DNA from: an uncultured delta proteobacterium
Lineage (GTDB): Bacteria > Myxococcota > Kuafuiibacteriia > Kuafuiibacteriales > Kuafuiibacteriaceae
Assembly (NCBI GenBank): GCA_963803435.1
Contig: CAWDML010000009.1
Coordinates: forward strand, 588,954-652,953
Reading direction: 5' to 3'
Length of the DNA: 64,000 bases
Shown: positions 57,538 to 64,000 of the stretch, piece by piece
Layout of the letters: each line of letters starts with the position of its first letter
How positions within the stretch are numbered: the stretch's first letter is position 1
The notes under the pieces: generated by a model
The model's input: the letters and a program-made list of their open reading frames with translations, nothing else
The model's database searches: none
Told to the model about the DNA's origin: nothing
Translations under genes and position numbers: made by a program

Positions 57538-59172
57538 GCCACCGTGACAATCGACGGGAAGGCGATCGAGTTCCAGCCCGGGACGACCATCATCCGGGCC
57601 GCGCTCGATCACGGGATCGACATCCCATACTACTGTTGGCACCCGCAGGCTCTCGATCGCGGCGAACTGCCGGATGTGCCTGGTCGAGGTGGAGAAGGCG
57701 CCCAAGCTGCTGCCGGCCTGCGAGGTCCAATGCCGCGACGGAATGGTGGTCGCACACGCGGTCCCAGAAGGCCCTCGAGTCGCGCTCGGCCGTCATGGAG
57801 TTCCTCCTGATCAACCACCCGATCGACTGCCCGATCTGCGATCAGGCCGGCGAGTGCAAGCTGCAGGACTACTACATGAAGCACGATCGGAGCGGCACGC
57901 GCTTCGACGAGATCAAGGTCCCGAAGAAGAAGGCCGTCCCGCTCGGGCCCGACCGTCATTCTCGACGAGGAGAGGTGCATCAACTGCACGCGCTGCGTCC
58001 GCTTCATGGACGAGGTCGCGCACAACCCTCTGCTCGGACAGTTCGAGCGCGGTGATCGCGCCGTGATCGGGACCTTCCCGGGCAAGCCCCTCGAGGATCC
58101 GTACTCGGCCAACGTGGTGGACATCTGCCCGGTGGGTGCGCTGACCAGTCGTGACTTCCGCTTCAAGGTGCGGAGCTGGTTCCTCAAGTCGACCAACAGC
58201 GTCTGCCCCGGCTGCGCCCGCGGCTGCAACACGATCGTCGACCACTACAACAACGAGATCCAGCGGATGCGGGCCCGCGACAACGACCAGGTCAACCAGG
58301 GTTGGCTCTGCGACGCCGGCCGCGCCACCTACAAAGACGTGCACGATCCCGAGCGGCAGGTCTCGGTGCCGCACCTCAGGAACGCCGACGGCGTGCTCGC
58401 TCCGATCTCCTGGGACGAGGCGCGTCTCCGCTTGGCCGAGATCCTCTCCTCGTACGTCGGCGAGACCGACGGCACGCTGGGGCTGACCCTCTCTGCGGGC
58501 CTCACCACCGAGGGCGTCACGGCGTTCGTGGAGCTGGCGGAGCAGGTCCTCCAGGTGGACACGTATGCGATCCTGGGCCGCCCCGACTGGGAGGGCGACA
58601 ACTTCCTGCGCGTCCCCGATCGCAACCCGAACCGGGCGGGTGCCGAGCTCGTGCTCGAGGCGTACTCGATCTTCGACGAGGGCGCCGAGCTGCTCCGCCG
58701 CGGCCTGGAGAACAAGAGCGTGCGAACGCTGCTGATGGTCGGCGCCGACGCCCTCGAGCCTGACGAGGCCTGGTTGAAGGCGCTCTCGGGCGCGACCGTC
58801 GTCGCCTTCACCTCCAGCTGGAGCGAAGCCGCGCGCAACGCTGCGCTGGTCCTTCCGCTCGCCAGCTATGCGGAGCAGGACGGCACCTTCGTGAACGTGC
58901 AGGGGCGCATGCAGCGCGTGAACAAGGCGCTCGACCCCATCGAGGGGCGCAAGACCGAGATCGACGCGGCGGCCTTCGTCGCGGAGTCGCTGGGCGCGCG
59001 CGCGTGGAAGATCCGGAGCTGGGTCGGTGCCTTCAACGAGCTCAAGAAGCACACGGACCTCCTGAAGAACGTGAAGCCGCTCGAGCTCGGTCCGTGGGGG
59101 ATCGTGCTCGAATCGGAAGAGCTGAAGCCGCGGCCCGCCGCCGAGGCCGAGGCCGCGCGCGCCGGAGCGTGA
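57538..59172 (+). CDS. nuoG: NADH-quinone oxidoreductase subunit G (short form) with three single-base insertions in the first about 420 nt
   Basis: MATVTIDGKAIEFQPGTTIIRAALDHGIDIPYYCWHPQ |+1| LSIAANCRMCLVEVEKAPKLLPACEVQCRDGMVV |+1| HTRSQKALESRSAVMEFLLINHPIDCPICDQAGECKLQDYYMKHDRSGTRFDEIKVPKKKAVPLGP |+1| TVILDEERCINCTRCVRFMDEVAHN.... Then an intact 1.2 kb to the stop. Shift points are at about 57645, 57757 and 57949. Confidence 0.75.
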
Positions 59173-59181
59173 GGAGAGGCC

Positions 59182-60273
<1,092 letters not shown>

Positions 60274-60281
60274 GGTAGCCG

Positions 60282-60920
60282 ATGTCAGAGCCGACGAACA
60301 AACCTCCGCGCATCGGGATCAAGCGGGTCTCCCGCGAGGTCAACACGACGGACCGCATGTTCGTCCCAGGCATCGCCGCCGGCCTGGGCGCGACCGTGAA
60401 GCACTTCGTCAAGAACGTCTTCGGGACGAAGAAGGTAAAGTACACGCAGACGATCCAGTACCCCGACGTGAAGGTGGAGTATCCGCACCGCTTTCGCGGG
60501 ATGCATCGCCTGGTCCCGCGCGAGGACGGCGGACCGCGCTGCGTCGCCTGCTTCATGTGTCAGACGGCCTGTCCTGCGCGCTGCATCCACATCGTGGCGG
60601 GCGAGACCGACGACACTCGGATCGAGAAGTATCCGGTCATCTTCGAGATCGATGAGCTCCGCTGCGTGGTGTGTGGTCTCTGCGTCGAGGCGTGCCCGTG
60701 TGACGCCATCCGGATGGACACCGGCTTCCATCCCAAGCCGGTTTACAGCCGCGAGGACGCCGACTTCGGTAAGGCGGATCTGCTGGGCATCCTGGGTCGC
60801 GAGGAGAAGGGTCGCGCCGAGCGCAGCCAGGCCAAGCCGCCACCCACGGCGGCCGGGACCGGTCGCGTCGATCGCGCCCACGGCGATCGCGGCGCGGGCG
60901 GCTCGAGCGGTGGCTACTGA
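60282..60920 (+). CDS. nuoI: NADH-quinone oxidoreductase subunit I (2x[4Fe-4S] ferredoxin)
   Basis: CVACFMCQTACP and CVVCGLCVEACP motifs. It has an unusual Gly/Arg-rich C-terminal extension. Confidence 0.9.
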   Translation: MSEPTNKPPRIGIKRVSREVNTTDRMFVPGIAAGLGATVKHFVKNVFGTKKVKYTQTIQYPDVKVEYPHRFRGMHRLVPREDGGPRCVACFMCQTACPARCIHIVAGETDDTRIEKYPVIFEIDELRCVVCGLCVEACPCDAIRMDTGFHPKPVYSREDADFGKADLLGILGREEKGRAERSQAKPPPTAAGTGRVDRAHGDRGAGGSSGGY

Positions 60921-61338
60921 CGAGCTCCGGCTCTCGGGGAGCCTCGCGATCCCGGCGTCCGAGCTCGCGGTCGAGTATGCGCGCTCGGGCGGGCCCGGCG
61001 GGCAGCACGTCAACAAGACCGAGACCAAGGTGACGCTGCGGCTCGACGTGCCCGCGTCCTCGCTCCCCGATCATGTGAAGGCCAAGCTGATGGTGCGGCT
61101 GGCGCCGCGGCTCACCAAGAACGGCGAGCTCCTCGTCTCCTGCGACGAGCACCGCGAGCGGCCGCGCAACCTCGAGAAGGCGCGCGAGCGGTTGATCGAG
61201 ATCCTGAAGCAGGCGCTGGTCGAGCCGAAGAAGCGCAAGCCGACCAAGCCGAGCCGCGGCGCCAAGGCCCGCCGTCTGTCCGAGAAGAAGCGCACCTCCG
61301 AGAAGAAGCAGACCCGCGGGCGGGTTCGAGACGACTAG
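60910..61338 (+). CDS. arfB: alternative ribosome-rescue factor ArfB (peptidyl-tRNA hydrolase, GGQ)
   Basis: GTG 60910 overlaps the nuoI 3' end by 11 nt. ...YARSGGPGGQHVNKTETKVTLRLDV..., and a basic C-terminal tail (KKRKPTKPSRGAKARRLSEKKR). Confidence 0.75.
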   Translation: MATDELRLSGSLAIPASELAVEYARSGGPGGQHVNKTETKVTLRLDVPASSLPDHVKAKLMVRLAPRLTKNGELLVSCDEHRERPRNLEKARERLIEILKQALVEPKKRKPTKPSRGAKARRLSEKKRTSEKKQTRGRVRDD

Positions 61339-61344
61339 GCCCCG

Positions 61345-62190
61345 ATGTCCTCCCCTGCCGACTACGAGATCCGGGTCTTGGGCGCGCCGCGCACGCCGGT
61401 CCGGGACTTCTACTTCGCGCTCCGGCGACTCAACTGGCCGCTGACCGTCGCGGTCATCGCCGGCGGCTACCTGGTCCTCAACGCGCTCTTCGCGTTCGCA
61501 TACCTGGCCGTGGGCGGGATCGAGCCGGCCGCGCGCTCGGGCTCGTGGAGCGCCGCCTTCTTCTTCAGCGTGCAGACCATGGGGACGATCGGCTACGGGG
61601 CGATGTGGCCCTCCACCTCCACGGCCAACGTGCTGGTGGTGGTGGAGTCCGTGGTGTCGCTGGTGTTCACGGCGCTCTCGACCGGCCTGGTCTTCGCCAA
61701 GTTCTCGCTGCCGTCCGCGCGGCTGATGTTCTCTCGCGAGGCCACGATCTCGAAGATGGACGGCGCGCCCACGCTGGCGTTCCGGGTGGGCAACCTGCGG
61801 AGCAACCGGATCGTCGAAGCGGCGGTGCGGGTCGCGATGGTCCGGACCGAGCGAACAGCGGAGGGCAAGACCTTCTATCGCATGCTCGACCTACCGCTGG
61901 TCAGGGAACGGATCCTCTCCCTGTCGCGGTCGTGGAGCGTCCTGCACGTGATCGACGAACGGAGCCCTCTGTTCGGCGAGACTGCCCGCTCGCTCGAGGA
62001 GAAGGAGGCGGAGGTCCTGATCTCGATCGTGGGGATCGACGATCTCTGGATGCAGAACGTCCATGCCACGCATCGATACCTCCACACCGAGATCGCGTGG
62101 GGCATGCGCCATACCGACATTCTGTCGGACGACGGTAAGGCATTGATCCTCGATCTCCGTCGCTTCCATGATCTGGAGCCAGCCGACTGA
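61345..62190 (+). CDS. inward-rectifier-type potassium channel (KirBac-like)
   Basis: Two TM helices with a pore helix and the selectivity filter TIGYG. Cytoplasmic Kir-type beta-rich C-terminal domain. Confidence 0.8.
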   Translation: MSSPADYEIRVLGAPRTPVRDFYFALRRLNWPLTVAVIAGGYLVLNALFAFAYLAVGGIEPAARSGSWSAAFFFSVQTMGTIGYGAMWPSTSTANVLVVVESVVSLVFTALSTGLVFAKFSLPSARLMFSREATISKMDGAPTLAFRVGNLRSNRIVEAAVRVAMVRTERTAEGKTFYRMLDLPLVRERILSLSRSWSVLHVIDERSPLFGETARSLEEKEAEVLISIVGIDDLWMQNVHATHRYLHTEIAWGMRHTDILSDDGKALILDLRRFHDLEPAD

Positions 62191-62211
62191 CGGCCATGGT
62201 ATGGGTTCGGC

Positions 62212-64000
62212 GTGGCGCGGTTCATCGGGCGCCACCGAGAGCTCGATCGTGTGCGGCGGTGGCTCGGCGGTGGTGAGCGGCTGATCTCGATCGTCGGCCC
62301 GCCCGGCATCGGTAAGACCACGCTTGCCCGCCGCATCGCGGACAGCGCCGAGCACTACCGGGGCGGGGTCCGCGTGGTGGATGTCGGGCATGCGCATACG
62401 GCCGAGGCGCTGGCGGTCGCCGTCGCGCACGCTTTTGATCTCGACCTGACCCGGGACGGCGGACGGGACGTGGTGCAGGAGGTCGGCCGCCGCCTCGCCC
62501 ACCGCGGCCCCACGCTGATCGTGCTCGACGCGCTCGAGCACGCGTCGGAGCATGCCGATCGTACGGTGCGCCTCTGGCTGGAGGCGGCGCCGCGCGTCGC
62601 GTTCCTGGTCACGTCGCGGGTCGCGCTCCGGCTCCCCAGCGAGATTCGCTTCGATCTCCCGCCCCTGTTGCACGAGGACGCGCGCCGGCTCTTCGTGGAG
62701 CGCGCCCAGGCGATCCGCTCCGACTTCGAGCTCGGGGAGGACGGGCGGCTCCTCGACGAGGTCCTCGCGCACCTCGACTGCATCCCGCTCGCGATCCTGC
62801 TGGCGGCCGGTCGGATGGGTGTGCTCTCGCTCCGGGCGCTGGCCGCACGGCTGTCCCGTCGCTTCGACCTCATGCCCGATCTGGGCGGCGCGCTCGAGGA
62901 CGGGTGGACCTCGCTGTCGGCCGAGGACCGCGCGCTCCTGGTGCAGTGCGCCGCCTTCCCCGACGGCTTCTTCCTCGACGATGCGGAGGCGGTGATCGAC
63001 GGGGGCGAGCTGCTCGAACGGCTGGAGAGCCTGCGCGATCGCTCGTTCATCTGCACGCGCGCCTCCACGGTGGTGCCGGGCGAGGTGCGCTATCTGCTCT
63101 ACGAGTCGATCCGGGCCTTTGTAATCGAGCGCGCGGGCGGCGAGCTCCCCGCGGTGGTGGATCGCATCGAGCGCTACTACCTCGACCGTGAGGCACGTTA
63201 TCGCGAGGGGCCGCTGCGGCTGGCGGCGGAGTACCAAAACCTGATCGCGATCCATCGCTCAGAGCGGCCCGACCGCGTGGCCCGCGCGGGCGCCATCCTG
63301 AACGCGTTCTTCGTCTCGCGCGGTCCGTCGCGCCTGCATCTCGACATTCTCGAGCGATCGATCGAGGCCGCGCAGGGGACCGAGCTGGAGGTCGAGCTGC
63401 GGCTCCAGGCCGCCGAGGCGCTCCGCATGTACGGGCGCGCCGTGGATGCGCGGCGCGCGCTCCCCGACGGCGCCCGCGGCACGTTCGAGGGCGAGAACAT
63501 CGCCGGAAAGATCTGGTTCTCGCTGGGCGAGCTCGACCAGGCGGGCGCCTGCTTCGGTCGCGCGCGGGACGCAGCCCCGTCGGATCGAGAGCGTGCGATC
63601 GCCGTCGCCAACCTGGGGCTGATCGCGCTGCACCGGACCGACTATTCGGAGGCCGAGCGGCTGTATCGCTCGGCGTTGGAGTCGCATCGGCGAGCGCAGG
63701 ATCGTCGCTCCGAGGCCTTGGCGCTGGCCAACCTGGGCATCCTCTTTCACGAGATCAACGCGCTCGATCAGGCCGAGGCCCACCTCGCCGAGGCCTGGGA
63801 GCTGGCGCTCGAGCTCTCCGAGCGCCGCCTGGAGGGCGCGATTCTGGGAACGCAAGGTATCTTGCATCAGGAGCAGGGCCACCCGGAGGCGGCGAGGGCG
63901 GCCTTCACCTCGGCGCTCGGCATCCATCGCGAGGTGGGGGCGGAGGCCGACGAGGCGATGTTCCTCACCCACCTGGCGATCCTCGACTTCGAGCGGCGCG
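62212..64000 (+). CDS. STAND-type P-loop NTPase (NB-ARC/AAA-like) with C-terminal TPR repeats; 3'-partial. Not in the supplied ORF track because the frame has no stop before the window end
   Basis: Hand translation of frame 1 from GTG 62212, right after the Kir stop: (M)ARFIGRHRELDRVRRWLGGGERLISIVGPPGIGKTTLARRIA... Walker B LIVLDALE, then ...TPR-like helices (ANLGLIALHRTDYSEAERLYRSALESHRRAQDR...). Open to position 64000. Confidence 0.65.
   Translation, partial: MARFIGRHRELDRVRRWLGGGERLISIVGPPGIGKTTLARRIADSAEHYRGGVRVVDVGHAHTAEALAVAVAHAFDLDLTRDGGRDVVQEVGRRLAHRGPTLIVLDALEHASEHADRTVRLWLEAAPRVAFLVTSRVALRLPSEIRFDLPPLLHEDARRLFVERAQAIRSDFELGEDGRLLDEVLAHLDCIPLAILLAAGRMGVLSLRALAARLSRRFDLMPDLGGALEDGWTSLSAEDRALLVQCAAFPDGFFLDDAEAVIDGGELLERLESLRDRSFICTRASTVVPGEVRYLLYESIRAFVIERAGGELPAVVDRIERYYLDREARYREGPLRLAAEYQNLIAIHRSERPDRVARAGAILNAFFVSRGPSRLHLDILERSIEAAQGTELEVELRLQAAEALRMYGRAVDARRALPDGARGTFEGENIAGKIWFSLGELDQAGACFGRARDAAPSDRERAIAVANLGLIALHRTDYSEAERLYRSALESHRRAQDRRSEALALANLGILFHEINALDQAEAHLAEAWELALELSERRLEGAILGTQGILHQEQGHPEAARAAFTSALGIHREVGAEADEAMFLTHLAILDFERR

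Overview
This window is a high-GC (about 70%), gene-dense chromosomal segment that looks like Myxococcota. Supporting signs:
- N-terminal CxxC/CxxxC cysteine-rich repeat modules in several secreted lipoproteins.
- Two eukaryotic-like Ser/Thr kinases, one fused to about 14 WD40 repeats.
- ECF sigma / ZAS anti-sigma pair, a TPR-CHAT protease, and HEAT-repeat signalling proteins.

I call about 50 protein-coding genes and 2 tRNAs (Met-CAU, Leu-CAG). I found no rRNA, CRISPR array, transposase or integrase.

Recognisable genes include: partial SPFH protein, subtilisin S8 peptidase, neutral ceramidase, DAACS symporter, cytoplasmic histidine kinase, CDF transporter, HIT protein, TlpA-like thioredoxin, MalQ, nuoG-H-I, ArfB, a Kir-type K+ channel and a STAND ATPase-TPR protein that runs off the 3' end.

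Most interesting loci:
1. 23301-25265: a flavin-dependent halogenase-like FAD enzyme followed by (or fused via an indel to) a PqqD-family RiPP-recognition-element domain, plus a co-transcribed 134-aa protein. This is a candidate peptide-modification module.
2. 50376-55812: a membrane-anchored Ser/Thr kinase followed by two overlapping paralogous MORC/sacsin/Hsp90-like GHKL ATPases. The second carries a C-terminal HExxH (YgjP/DUF45-like) metallohydrolase motif.
3. 25269-33381: an nfeD/yqiJ - flotillin(yqiK-like) - about 1700-aa AAA_5 ATPase operon. Both the flotillin and the ATPase readings are broken by many single-base indels.
4. 6147-12350: a secreted-protein operon of DUF4177, a 993-aa Gly/Asp-rich DxGGxDxY repeat protein, a Cys-rich lipoprotein and an S8 protease.

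Single-base frameshifts are frequent and strongly clustered. About 18 kb of large genes are intact, while 24.4-32.6 kb and the first 450 bp of nuoG are riddled with them. Local assembly/sequencing error needs to be excluded before calling pseudogenes.

Nearly all long Arg/Pro/Gly-rich ORFs in the supplied six-frame track are antisense or out-of-frame artefacts of the GC content.
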